A stretch of 28,059 nt of DNA from Candidatus Oleincola secundus (GCA_018400815.1 JAGYLS010000017.1:1-28059), one strand, 5' to 3'. Shown: positions 7,615-16,930, counted from the first letter of the stretch. A program made the numbers and translations. Notes: a model not told the origin generated them from the sequence alone.

Positions 7615-10026
7615 CTAAACAATTTGATATTTTCCTGACCTTCTATCTTTGAGTTCCCCAATCTTGTTCTTATTCCAATTACTAATCTTACTATAATAAC
7701 CAACAATCCTGGTAATACCATAAACATCATTGCTGTGACAGTATGAACAGGAATCAAGCAATCCCCGGCTAATTTTCTTACACTGATTGCATATGGTAAA
7801 CTCCGGTGAAATCGTAAGTTGTGCAGAAAGTGTATTATCCCAAACCTTTTTTACTAAGTTATAAATACTGTCCGCCGGTGGTTTTTTCTCTCCAACAAAA
7901 GCATGAATAATAGCACCGCTTTTAATGAGTGGATGAAATTTACTCTGCTTAACTATTCTTGAGATAAGATCAATATCTGCAGAAGCTCCAAAGTGAACAC
8001 TGTTGGTATAATAACATTCATCCTCTAAGATGCTCCCCTTAATAACTTTTTTACTTTCCGGAAATTCCCTTAAATCAATTTTAGCCAGCCTACCAGCTGC
8101 GCTTTCTGCCGGGGACTCTTCCAATGATAATTTTATTCTATTTTTTGTTCCATACTCATTGCACTTGATATGTAAGAAAGAAATAGTTTTTAATCCCCAG
8201 GCATATGTTTCATCATTCTCATGTAGCTGATAATTTGTTAAAGATTGCATAGCCTCATTTAATCCAATTATTCCCACCAGATAGGTGCCTTTTTCCAAAT
8301 CGACATAAGGTTCTCCATCCGGACTAATCTTACCAATCTGCCATAGGGGGCCTTCAGGCGAATTCATCATCTGTTTTAGAAATCGTTTCTTTTCCTGATG
8401 TGCCTTAATAACTAACTTAAGAGCGGATTCTATCTGTCGGAAAAAACGATTGAACAATTCCTTCTGATCTTTTAGGCCAGATTGGGCATTTATTTCTCTT
8501 AAGGTTCTATAAGCACATTGTGGAAGATTTATTGTCACATTCTGAATACCTGAAAATCTTAGCTTTTCCGGCTTTTTTATCATCTCCATATCTGTTATCT
8601 CATTTTTTAACCTGCAACAAGCGGAAAGAGTTACGCTATCCCTGTCAAAAATAAAATAAGGTGTGCCATTTTCAGAAGCAATATTACAGGCATATTGAAG
8701 TAGTTCTCTTTCCTGAGGATTCTGAAAAGATTCATTATTAATATGCAAGTCCATTTTAGGGAAAGCAAACACTTTTCCATTGGAATCCCCTTCTTCCCAT
8801 ACTTCCATTAAGACTTTGAGAAATTGTTGGGCTTCCTGTTCATATTCCTGATAAGTTTTACCGGTATATTTACCCCCCGGTCCTATGGCGGGAACTCCTT
8901 TCAAATGTTCGGGAATACCAAGGTGAACATTAAAATCTAAAAACAAACTTTGCCCCCCTCGGGAAAAAGCATTCTGGGAACCGCTAAATATAAGATACTG
9001 AGCTTCCTGTTTCATTTCCTCATAAGACATGCCAACCAGGTAAGGAGCATAAAAAATATTGAGATAGGCAATACCTAAGGCTCCTGCATAATAAGCCTGC
9101 ATTGATGATAAAAAAGTATTAAGGTGTCCGGTTAAAGTACGGGCATATTTAGCGGGTGAAGAGGCAGTATCCAAATTATCCAAATGCAATCCATATTTCT
9201 TAATATATTCCAACGAATGACCTGAACAGTATATCCGTGGATATCCCAAATCATGTATATGTATCATTCCTTTTAAGTGAGCATCTGCAGTTTCCTGGCT
9301 AAAAATTTCCTGCAGCATATATTGTTTGATGGTATTTTCAGCAATAGCTAAATTAATTGCTTCAGGGTTGTTATTAGCAATATTACTATTTTCTTTTGTT
9401 TTGGATAAAAATAATCTCTTTAAATCATAAGAAGGCATACCAATAATCTTCTGTTTCATCCATTTTTTTTCATAACCACGGGTAAATAATTCATTATCCA
9501 CCAGTTCTCTAATTAAATCAGTAGAAATATTTACAAAATTTAAATTAAATATTTTTTCTTCCACATTCTTGGCAATTTTCCTGGCTATACTCGGGGTAAT
9601 CTCTGCTTCTTCGCACAATGCATCGATAATCTTGCTTCTATCCCATGGTGCTAGTGTTTCTTTAGTAGCAGTTGATACTAATAGAGACATCTCTGTACTA
9701 TTCTTATATTTCTTTTCTCTCCCTCTCACATATAGCTTTTTTCTAATTTCATTTCTTTTGTTCCGATATATAATATAGGTTTTGGCAACCTTGGTTAGTC
9801 CTGAAGCGATAAGTTGTTCTTCAACAATGTCCTGTATCTCTTCTACTAAAGGTATTTTTTTCTCGAAATTAACCTCTAAACGGTAAATTACATGATCTGT
9901 TATCTTACGTGCTTGAGTTTGGTTTTTCTCATTTACTGCTTCCATTGCTGCTAAAATGGCATTATAAATTTTTTCCTCATCAAAATTAACCAGGGAGCCT
10001 TCTCTTTTCTTGATTTTTTCAACCAT
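7615..10026 (-). CDS. nrdD: Class III anaerobic ribonucleoside-triphosphate reductase with two ATP-cone domains
   Basis: N-terminal IKKREG ATP cone, IHIHDL, SACCRL finger loop, PAES, CNQC...CSYC Zn site and RIVGYY glycyl-radical loop. Confidence 0.95.
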   Translation of the reverse strand: MVEKIKKREGSLVNFDEEKIYNAILAAMEAVNEKNQTQARKITDHVIYRLEVNFEKKIPLVEEIQDIVEEQLIASGLTKVAKTYIIYRNKRNEIRKKLYVRGREKKYKNSTEMSLLVSTATKETLAPWDRSKIIDALCEEAEITPSIARKIAKNVEEKIFNLNFVNISTDLIRELVDNELFTRGYEKKWMKQKIIGMPSYDLKRLFLSKTKENSNIANNNPEAINLAIAENTIKQYMLQEIFSQETADAHLKGMIHIHDLGYPRIYCSGHSLEYIKKYGLHLDNLDTASSPAKYARTLTGHLNTFLSSMQAYYAGALGIAYLNIFYAPYLVGMSYEEMKQEAQYLIFSGSQNAFSRGGQSLFLDFNVHLGIPEHLKGVPAIGPGGKYTGKTYQEYEQEAQQFLKVLMEVWEEGDSNGKVFAFPKMDLHINNESFQNPQERELLQYACNIASENGTPYFIFDRDSVTLSACCRLKNEITDMEMIKKPEKLRFSGIQNVTINLPQCAYRTLREINAQSGLKDQKELFNRFFRQIESALKLVIKAHQEKKRFLKQMMNSPEGPLWQIGKISPDGEPYVDLEKGTYLVGIIGLNEAMQSLTNYQLHENDETYAWGLKTISFLHIKCNEYGTKNRIKLSLEESPAESAAGRLAKIDLREFPESKKVIKGSILEDECYYTNSVHFGASADIDLISRIVKQSKFHPLIKSGAIIHAFVGEKKPPADSIYNLVKKVWDNTLSAQLTISPEFTICNQCKKISRGLLDSCSYCHSNDVYGITRIVGYYSKISNWNKNKIGELKDRRSGKYQIV

Positions 10027-10037
10027 TACCTTCTCTC

Positions 10038-10511
10038 CTACCTTTTTGTTTTACTTTTTTTTATTTTTTTAATTCTGTTAATTTCTTCTAAAAAACTCCC
10101 TACATCTTCAAAATGCCGATAAACTGAGGCAAATCTTACATATGCTACTTCATCTAAAGACTTAAGACGATTGATCACCAATCTACCTATAACCTGGCTT
10201 TTCAACTCATTACTTGAACCACGCTTTAATTTTTCCTCAATTTCTTCGGCAATCTGATTGATTTCATTCAGACTAACCGGCCTTTTTTCACAAGCTTTTA
10301 TAATTCCCTTGACAATTTTTTCCCGATTAAATACCTCTCGACTTTCGTCTTTTTTTATAACTATCAATGGAACTAATTCAATCCGTTCATGAGTGGTAAA
10401 TCGTTTATTACATTTTTTACAATATCTCCTCCGACGTATTACCAAACCGTTTTCCATTGCCCTTGATTCGATAACACCAGTTTCGGGATTATTACAAAAG
10501 GGACATTTCAT
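10038..10511 (-). CDS. nrdR: Transcriptional repressor NrdR
   Basis: MKCPFC...IRRRRYCKKCNKRFTTHE Zn ribbon, ATP cone, and DEVAYVRFASVYR. Confidence 0.97.
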   Translation of the reverse strand: MKCPFCNNPETGVIESRAMENGLVIRRRRYCKKCNKRFTTHERIELVPLIVIKKDESREVFNREKIVKGIIKACEKRPVSLNEINQIAEEIEEKLKRGSSNELKSQVIGRLVINRLKSLDEVAYVRFASVYRHFEDVGSFLEEINRIKKIKKSKTKR

Positions 10512-10517
10512 TGAACA

Positions 10518-10564
10518 CCACCATATTTAGAGTTATTTTTAATAATAATACCCTATATATATAA
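10518..10564. promoter_or_regulatory. Tandem NrdR boxes
   Basis: CCACCATATTTAGAG (10518-10532) and ACCCTATATATATAA (10550-10564) resemble acaCwAtATaTwGtg and start 32 bp apart. Confidence 0.7.
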
Positions 10565-10570
10565 TGTCAA
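10542..10570 (-). promoter_or_regulatory. Sigma70 promoter of the nrdR-nrdD operon
   Basis: TTGACA (10570-10565), 17 bp spacer, TATTAT (10547-10542). Confidence 0.75.
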
Positions 10571-10641
10571 GGAATATTTAACACTATTGCAGCTAAACTT
10601 ATACAATCTTTAATAAGATTTTTTTGGCAAAGAATTCAGTG

Positions 10642-10842
10642 AATATCGCACCCGCATAGCGGGTGGTTTTAAGAACCTCTAAAAAGAGATATTAAACTAA
10701 CACAAATCATTCTTGAGAGGACTAGATGGAGATTTGAGGGCTTCAGGTAAAAATATTTCAGTTAGTATATCTTTATCTTTATGGTAAAACTAACTTATTT
10801 AACCATTACCACCTTCAAAGAAGGTGGTAATGGTTAAATAAA
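10642..10842 (+). repeat. Dispersed hairpin-ended repeat, copy B (shorter internal segment)
   Basis: Starts AATATCGCACCCGCATAGCGGGTGGTTTTAA, contains CTTCAGGT and CTTTATCTTT, and ends in a perfect 22 bp stem 10795-10816/10820-10841. Confidence 0.9.
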
Positions 10843-10855
10843 CTCCTCTGAATTT

Positions 10856-11977
10856 TTATCTATTTTTACGTAAAAAGGTTGGGATTTCTAAATCATTATA
10901 ATCAACATCATTTTTTATAGTTTCTTTATTTTCTTCTTTCTCTTTTACCGTTTCTATTGTTTCTTCTTTTGGCTGATTAACAATTCTTTCTTTAATGTTA
11001 TTTTCCTCTTTTTCTTCAGAAGATAATTCATCAAAACCAGTTGCAATAACAGTAATTCGTAAATCTTCACCAAGAGCTTCATTGATTACTGCTCCAAATA
11101 TGATATTTGCATCTGCATTAGCAGCTTCCTGGACAATTTCCGCAGCCTGGTTGACTTCAAAGAGAGTCATATTTTTGCCACCGGAAATATTAAATAGTAT
11201 ACCTCTTGCATCTGTGATTTTAGTCCCCAAAAGAGAACTATTTACAGCATTATGGGCAGCTTCGATAGCACGATTTTCACCATTTGCCCTACCAATTCCC
11301 ATAATAGCTGTCCCAGCATCTTCCATAATCATTTTAACATCGGCAAAATCAACATTAATCAAACCGGGTTCAACAACAATCTCAGAAATTCCCTGAATTC
11401 CATGAAGTAATAATTCATCCGCTACTTTAAAAGCTTCCAGAACTGGCGTATTCTCGGCAATAATTTGTAATAACCTATCATTTGGAATCACAATCAAAGT
11501 ATCTACATACTCCTTGAGAAGCTTAATTCCTTCTTCTGACTGCCTTTGCCTTTTTATACCTTCAAAAGTAAAAGGCTTTGTAACAACACCAACCGTTAAA
11601 GCGCCTAATTCTTTAGATATTTGCGCAATAACAGGACTTCCGCCGGTACCGGTTCCTCCGCCCATACCGGCAGTTATAAATACCATATCAGATCCTTCTA
11701 AAGCCTTGCTGATTTTGTCTTTGTCTTCTTCGGCAGCTCTTTTACCTATTTCAGGGTTGGAACCACTGCCCAAGCCCATAGTAATTCTACTGCCTATCTG
11801 TATTTTTTGCTCCGCATTCGAAAGAGCCAACACCTGTGCATCTGTATTAGTAGAAATATATCTTACACCATTTATCTTCTCTTCAATCATTCGATTGACC
11901 GCATTTCCACCGCCACCGCCAATTCCTATGACTTTGATGTCAACAAATGAACCGGGTCTCTCAGTTATATTATTCAA
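10856..11977 (-). CDS. ftsZ: Cell division protein FtsZ
   Basis: GGGTGTG tubulin signature, [18 protein letters not shown] and C-terminal [17 protein letters not shown] supports TTG at 11977. Confidence 0.97.
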   Translation of the reverse strand: MNNITERPGSFVDIKVIGIGGGGGNAVNRMIEEKINGVRYISTNTDAQVLALSNAEQKIQIGSRITMGLGSGSNPEIGKRAAEEDKDKISKALEGSDMVFITAGMGGGTGTGGSPVIAQISKELGALTVGVVTKPFTFEGIKRQRQSEEGIKLLKEYVDTLIVIPNDRLLQIIAENTPVLEAFKVADELLLHGIQGISEIVVEPGLINVDFADVKMIMEDAGTAIMGIGRANGENRAIEAAHNAVNSSLLGTKITDARGILFNISGGKNMTLFEVNQAAEIVQEAANADANIIFGAVINEALGEDLRITVIATGFDELSSEEKEENNIKERIVNQPKEETIETVKEKEENKETIKNDVDYNDLEIPTFLRKNR

Positions 11978-12031
11978 AATTAATCCTCCCTCCAATTTTT
12001 GGTGGTAAATTTAGAAAATTATTACAAAGTA

Positions 12032-12270
12032 AATATCGCACCCGCATAACGGGTGGCTTTAAAAACCCCTAAAAGAGCTTTAACTTTTTAGCTCTTTTTC
12101 TTTCGATTTTTTATTTAGCCTTTAACTATAATATTTCTTAAGCAATCGTACTTCCAACTTTGGACTTCAGGTGAAAAATTGTCACCTAGCTACTCTTAAT
12201 CTTTTTATGTACAACCCATTTATTTAACCATCACCACCTTCTTAGAAGGTGTTTTTTATGGTTAAATAAA
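12032..12270 (+). repeat. Dispersed hairpin-ended repeat, copy C, between ftsA and ftsZ
   Basis: Same conserved blocks as copies A and B; terminal stem interrupted by an internal loop (CAC opposite TTTTTT). Confidence 0.9.
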
Positions 12271-12302
12271 TATCGCACCCGCATAACGGGTGGCTTTAAA
12301 AA
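12267..12302 (+). repeat. Partial copy D: exact 36 bp repeat of 12030-12065, overlapping the ftsA stop codon
   Basis: TAAATATCGCACCCGCATAACGGGTGGCTTTAAAAA present at both positions. Confidence 0.9.
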
Positions 12303-13528
12303 AAGTCTCTAAGCCAATTAGTTACCTTTGTAAAAAATGCATTACTTTTTTTTCTATTTGATCTGCCTGAATCTGTCATTGCTTCCTGTTCAATAGCAAA
12401 ATCAAGCAACCCCATAACCGTAGAAAATCTTGGCTCATTAATCAGATCACCCAATTCTCCTTTGTATTCAGGCTTCCCCAGACGAGTGTTAGTATCAAAG
12501 ACTTTGCCGGCAAGTTCAGTAATTCCCGGTAGAAGGGCACATCCACCCGTTAATACTACTCCCTGAGTAATAAAGTGATAATAATTTGCTCTTTCTAACT
12601 CTTCCTTGATTAAGCTGAAGATTTCCTGCACTCTTGGTTCAATAATATCAACAAGATATTTCTTTGAAATTCTTTCTTTTTCTTGCCCTTTTGCTTTGGA
12701 TATCTCAATCACATCCTCAGGAGAAATATAATTTCCCATTACATTACCATATTTCAACTTTAGTTTTTCTGATTCTTCAATAGAAGACTTTAAGCCAATT
12801 GCTAAATCGTTGGTAATCTGAATTCCACCTAAAGGCAAGATAGAAGAATAAGTAATATTATCATTAATAAAAACAGAAATATCGGATGAACCCGCTCCCA
12901 TGTCAATCAAAAGAACTCCCAGTTCTTTTTCGGTTTTACTTAATAGGGCATTCCCACAGGCAAGATTTCCAAATATTAACTCATCTACTTCTATATTAGC
13001 CATTTCCATGCATTTTAATAAATTTTGAACAGCAGTGACTGAACCGGTAACAATATGAACTTTCCCTTCCAACCTTGAACCTGCCATTCCCAGAGGGTCC
13101 AAGATGCCCCTCTGTCCATCTAAAATAAATTCTTTGGGCAAAACATGGATTAACTCTCTTTCCGGTGCAATAACGCCAGCCTTTGCAGCTTCTATCACTT
13201 TTTCAATATCTTCTTCCCCGATCTCTGGATGTTCCTTAGATATCGCAATAACCCCCTGGCTATTAAAGGAAGAAATATGGCTTCCGTTTACCGCAACAAC
13301 AGCAGAACTCATGTGAACACCAGCCATTCGTTCTGCATTGCTTACTGACTCTTTAACTGCTTCGGCAGCTTTGTCCAAATCAACAATAACTCCTCTTTTA
13401 ACACCCTTTGATGGAACAGAACCGACACCCACAATTTCGACAAGATTATCTTCACTTATTTCAGCAATAAGTGTATTAGTGTTGTTTGTTCCAATATCCA
13501 AACCTGCTACTAGTATTTCACTTTTCAT
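12296..13528 (-). CDS. ftsA: Cell division protein FtsA
   Basis: GLDIGT, LIDMGAG, GGIQITNDLA and VVLTGG actin-like motifs; amphipathic C-terminus; AGGAGG RBS supports ATG at 13528. Confidence 0.96.
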   Translation of the reverse strand: MKSEILVAGLDIGTNNTNTLIAEISEDNLVEIVGVGSVPSKGVKRGVIVDLDKAAEAVKESVSNAERMAGVHMSSAVVAVNGSHISSFNSQGVIAISKEHPEIGEEDIEKVIEAAKAGVIAPERELIHVLPKEFILDGQRGILDPLGMAGSRLEGKVHIVTGSVTAVQNLLKCMEMANIEVDELIFGNLACGNALLSKTEKELGVLLIDMGAGSSDISVFINDNITYSSILPLGGIQITNDLAIGLKSSIEESEKLKLKYGNVMGNYISPEDVIEISKAKGQEKERISKKYLVDIIEPRVQEIFSLIKEELERANYYHFITQGVVLTGGCALLPGITELAGKVFDTNTRLGKPEYKGELGDLINEPRFSTVMGLLDFAIEQEAMTDSGRSNRKKSNAFFTKVTNWLRDFF

Positions 13529-13683
13529 AGACGCCCTCCTGCATGCTATATCATGCAATAAATTTCATAATTATCAGGGGAAAATTATCTTGAGCTCCCC
13601 TATTTTATATATATTAATATTATTTAAAAATTAATTTAATAAGCCATTGTAAAAATAACATTCCCTGAGAACCTATTGTTGTA

Positions 13684-14406
13684 TTACTCTTTAAGTATAA
13701 TTGACAATCTCTCTTTATACTTCATGTTGATTTCCTGAATTGGCGTTTCTTCCTGAATAACTTTCTGCAAGGCTCTTTCCAGCAGGTACCATTCATCAAT
13801 TAACTGGTCACCATCTTTTATTCTTACCCTTATTTGCTTGTTCTTATAAAATAAAATATGTTCCTCATTTGAAATAACTTGTATCTTGTAAAATTGATCG
13901 GGAAAAATATTTTCTAATGCATATATAATTCTTTGAATATTCTCATATTCCTGACTGTCGACTATATCACCAGTCTTTTTATTGCTAATATCCAACCCTG
14001 TTACGATATATAAATCGAAGTCATCATAAAATTGTTCTGATGCCGACAAAATTACTCCCTCTTCACTTATCAGGTAAAAGAGCTCATTGTAATATAGAAT
14101 TATACCCGGTTGGCGTTCCGTAATATTAATATTCAGCTTATCTGGTAATATTTTTTTTATGGATACATCGGCAATCCATGGATGCTTTAAAAGACTTGAA
14201 CCGGCTCTCATAGTATTAAAATGAAATAAATTAGTATGAAAGTTTATTCCTCCTTGTTTAACAACTGTTTCACTGTTGAGATAATCATTACCATCAATGT
14301 TTATTTCTTTTATGTCAAACCATGTAGAAGTAAAAATAAAGTAGAAAAAATTCCAGCCTAGAAAACCAATTAGAATATAGTAAATCAATACTTTAAGAAA
14401 ATTCAC
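13684..14406 (-). CDS. ftsQ: Cell division protein FtsQ/DivIB
   Basis: Single TM helix followed by a POTRA domain (IKEINIDGN...PWIADVSIKKILPDKLNINITER); located upstream of ftsA. Confidence 0.85.
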   Translation of the reverse strand: MNFLKVLIYYILIGFLGWNFFYFIFTSTWFDIKEINIDGNDYLNSETVVKQGGINFHTNLFHFNTMRAGSSLLKHPWIADVSIKKILPDKLNINITERQPGIILYYNELFYLISEEGVILSASEQFYDDFDLYIVTGLDISNKKTGDIVDSQEYENIQRIIYALENIFPDQFYKIQVISNEEHILFYKNKQIRVRIKDGDQLIDEWYLLERALQKVIQEETPIQEINMKYKERLSIILKE

Positions 14407-14500
14407 TTTCCTACTACTGTAATTTTCTTCTGGCTGAACCTCTTCATAATCTTCTGAATTCTGATGTATGATAAAGCTAATTCCTCTTGTCTAATGAAAA

Positions 14501-15427
14501 TTATTGGTCATTACTAAGACCAATTATGTCTATTTCTTTTTCCAACATTATTCCGAAAGTTTTCTCAACCTTTTTCTCAACTTCTTCTATTAACAATAAT
14601 ATATCCTTAGAAGTGGCTTTCCCCCGGTTAATAATGAAATTAGCATGTTTTTCAGAAACTTGAGCATCCCCTATTGATAATCCCTTAGCTCCTGATTTCT
14701 CTATCAGGAAACCAGCAGGTTGTTTTTCAGTATTTTTAAAAATGCAACCTGCAGTCAGGGAGTCAGTAGGCTGATTCATTTTTCTTTGATTATAAAAATT
14801 CTTTATTCTGGAAATAATTTTATCCTTACTATCTTCAACCATTTCCAAGTAGGTTGCTACAATAATATACTTTTCTATTCCCAAATCAAGACCCCGATAA
14901 AAGAAGATAGATTGGTCTATATCAATTTCTATTGTATTATCATTATAGTCAAATACGACTATTTTACGGACAATATCGGCTATAGATTTATTCCCGAAGC
15001 TGGCGTTGTTAAAGATAGCTCCACCCAGAGTACCCGGTATATGGGCGGCAAATTCCAGTCCGCTTAACCCTTTCTCGACCGTTTTTCTTACTAAAGCCGG
15101 TAGGAGAATCCCGGCACCTGCTTTTATCATTTTACCAGAATATTCAATTTTGTCGAGAGTCCCGGAAAGTTTTACAACCAATCCTCTAATACCTTCGTCC
15201 GGAACCCAGATATTGGAGCCATTGCCAATAATATAGATAGGTAATTCATGTTTCGAAGCAAAAAATATAATCTTCTTTAATCCCTCTTCATCTGTGGGAA
15301 TACAAAAAAAATCGGCAATTCCGCCGATTTTCCATGAAGTATGATATTTCATTAATTCATCAATTTTTATCTCTTTTTTTAATCCGCATTGCTCAATTTC
15401 TTTCCAAATCAATTCCTTCTTAAACAT
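14501..15427 (-). CDS. murB: UDP-N-acetylenolpyruvoylglucosamine reductase
   Basis: HTSWKIGGIAD, GNGSN, IPGTLGGA, AGCIFKN, KHANFIIN. Confidence 0.95.
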   Translation of the reverse strand: MFKKELIWKEIEQCGLKKEIKIDELMKYHTSWKIGGIADFFCIPTDEEGLKKIIFFASKHELPIYIIGNGSNIWVPDEGIRGLVVKLSGTLDKIEYSGKMIKAGAGILLPALVRKTVEKGLSGLEFAAHIPGTLGGAIFNNASFGNKSIADIVRKIVVFDYNDNTIEIDIDQSIFFYRGLDLGIEKYIIVATYLEMVEDSKDKIISRIKNFYNQRKMNQPTDSLTAGCIFKNTEKQPAGFLIEKSGAKGLSIGDAQVSEKHANFIINRGKATSKDILLLIEEVEKKVEKTFGIMLEKEIDIIGLSNDQ

Positions 15428-16836
15428 TAACTAACTATACCCACTTTTGCTTCAATATTTTTCGATTCTTTTGCCAGTTCTTTCCCTATCTTCCAGACAT
15501 CTCCTGCTCCCATAGTTACCACAATATCACCATTAGATATTGAATCTATTAAGAAAGAAATGGTTTTTTCTTTCCCTGGCAGATAGTAAACATTATCTTT
15601 TTTATATTTTTTTACTTTCTGATAGACTAATTCAGCTGAAATACCAGGAATGGGTTTTTCATTTGCAGGATAAATATCATTAATAATAACAACATCAGAA
15701 TTCTGAAAAGCATTTCCAAATTGTTCTAACAACAATTTTGTCCGACTATAACGATGTGGCTGAAATACAGTAATAATCCTGCGTTTAGGCCAACCTCTCC
15801 GAATTGCCTCCAGAGTTGCCTTGATTTCAGAAGGGTGATGGCCATAATCATCTATAATCATGAGCATTTCATGAAAATTAGCAATAAGCTCCTGCCGGCG
15901 TTTTACGCCCTTAAAATGAAAGAGTATTTCCTTGATATCTTCAAATTTAATCCCAAGCTCCATGGCAGTGGAAATTGCCGCTAGCGCATTGGATATATTA
16001 TGATATCCAGGAATATTTAACTTCAATGTTCCTAATTTCTTATTTTTAAAATAGATATCGGATATGGAAGAATTTTTAATAAATCTGGGATTAACCGCCT
16101 TCATTTGAGCGTCTTGATGAAAGCCATAGGATATTACTCGTTTTTTAGAAGATTGATTATTGATAACCTTTCTTGTATTGGGACAATCATAGCCAAATAT
16201 AATACACCCATCATTGGGTACTTTGTAAATAAACTTTTCAAAACTTTCGACAGTTTTTTCAAGGTTCGTATAATAATCCAAATGATCATTTTCTATATTT
16301 GTTACAACTGCTACATTGGGATTAAGTAACAAGAATGAACCATCACTTTCATCCGCTTCCACAACAACATAATCACCTTTTCCCAATTTAGCATTTCCAC
16401 CAATATCATTAACTTCTCCTCCAATAGCAATAGTTGGGTCCAAATTCATTTTCTCCAAAATAAGACTTATCATTGAAGTAGTCGTAGTCTTCCCATGAGT
16501 CCCTGAAACAGCAATCCTATAATTCTGCCGCATAATACGGGCAAGCATTTCAGCTCTGGGAATAATCTCAATTTTACCATTCCGGGCAGCAATAAGTTCC
16601 TTATTTTCTTCATTGATTGCTGAGGATATAACTACTAAATTTACTCCTGAAATATGACTACCATGATGGCCTTTGTAGATCATAGCACCCTTAGCTGTTA
16701 ATCTTTTGGTAATAATGGTACTCTGTAAATCTGAGCCACTTATTTTATATCCTAAATCTAATAAGATTGAAGCAATCCCACTCATTCCTGTTCCGCCAAT
16801 ACCAATAAAATGAATATGCTTTCCTTCAATATTCAT
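15427..16836 (-). CDS. murC: UDP-N-acetylmuramate--L-alanine ligase
   Basis: HFIGIGGTGMSGIA, GTHGKTTT, EADESD, DDYGHHP, FQPHRYSR. Confidence 0.96.
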   Translation of the reverse strand: MNIEGKHIHFIGIGGTGMSGIASILLDLGYKISGSDLQSTIITKRLTAKGAMIYKGHHGSHISGVNLVVISSAINEENKELIAARNGKIEIIPRAEMLARIMRQNYRIAVSGTHGKTTTTSMISLILEKMNLDPTIAIGGEVNDIGGNAKLGKGDYVVVEADESDGSFLLLNPNVAVVTNIENDHLDYYTNLEKTVESFEKFIYKVPNDGCIIFGYDCPNTRKVINNQSSKKRVISYGFHQDAQMKAVNPRFIKNSSISDIYFKNKKLGTLKLNIPGYHNISNALAAISTAMELGIKFEDIKEILFHFKGVKRRQELIANFHEMLMIIDDYGHHPSEIKATLEAIRRGWPKRRIITVFQPHRYSRTKLLLEQFGNAFQNSDVVIINDIYPANEKPIPGISAELVYQKVKKYKKDNVYYLPGKEKTISFLIDSISNGDIVVTMGAGDVWKIGKELAKESKNIEAKVGIVS

Positions 16837-16930
16837 AAATACACCTTTCTGTTTTACTTATAAGAAAACTATCATTTCTCATAATAGTTTACCTTATTTT
16901 ATTTATTATTCAAAGAGATTTTTAACAAGA

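Noticed and set aside
10642..12270. Composite transposon carrying ftsZ
   Set aside because: ftsZ is in its native position after ftsA, the flanking copies are diverged from each other, and no transposase is present
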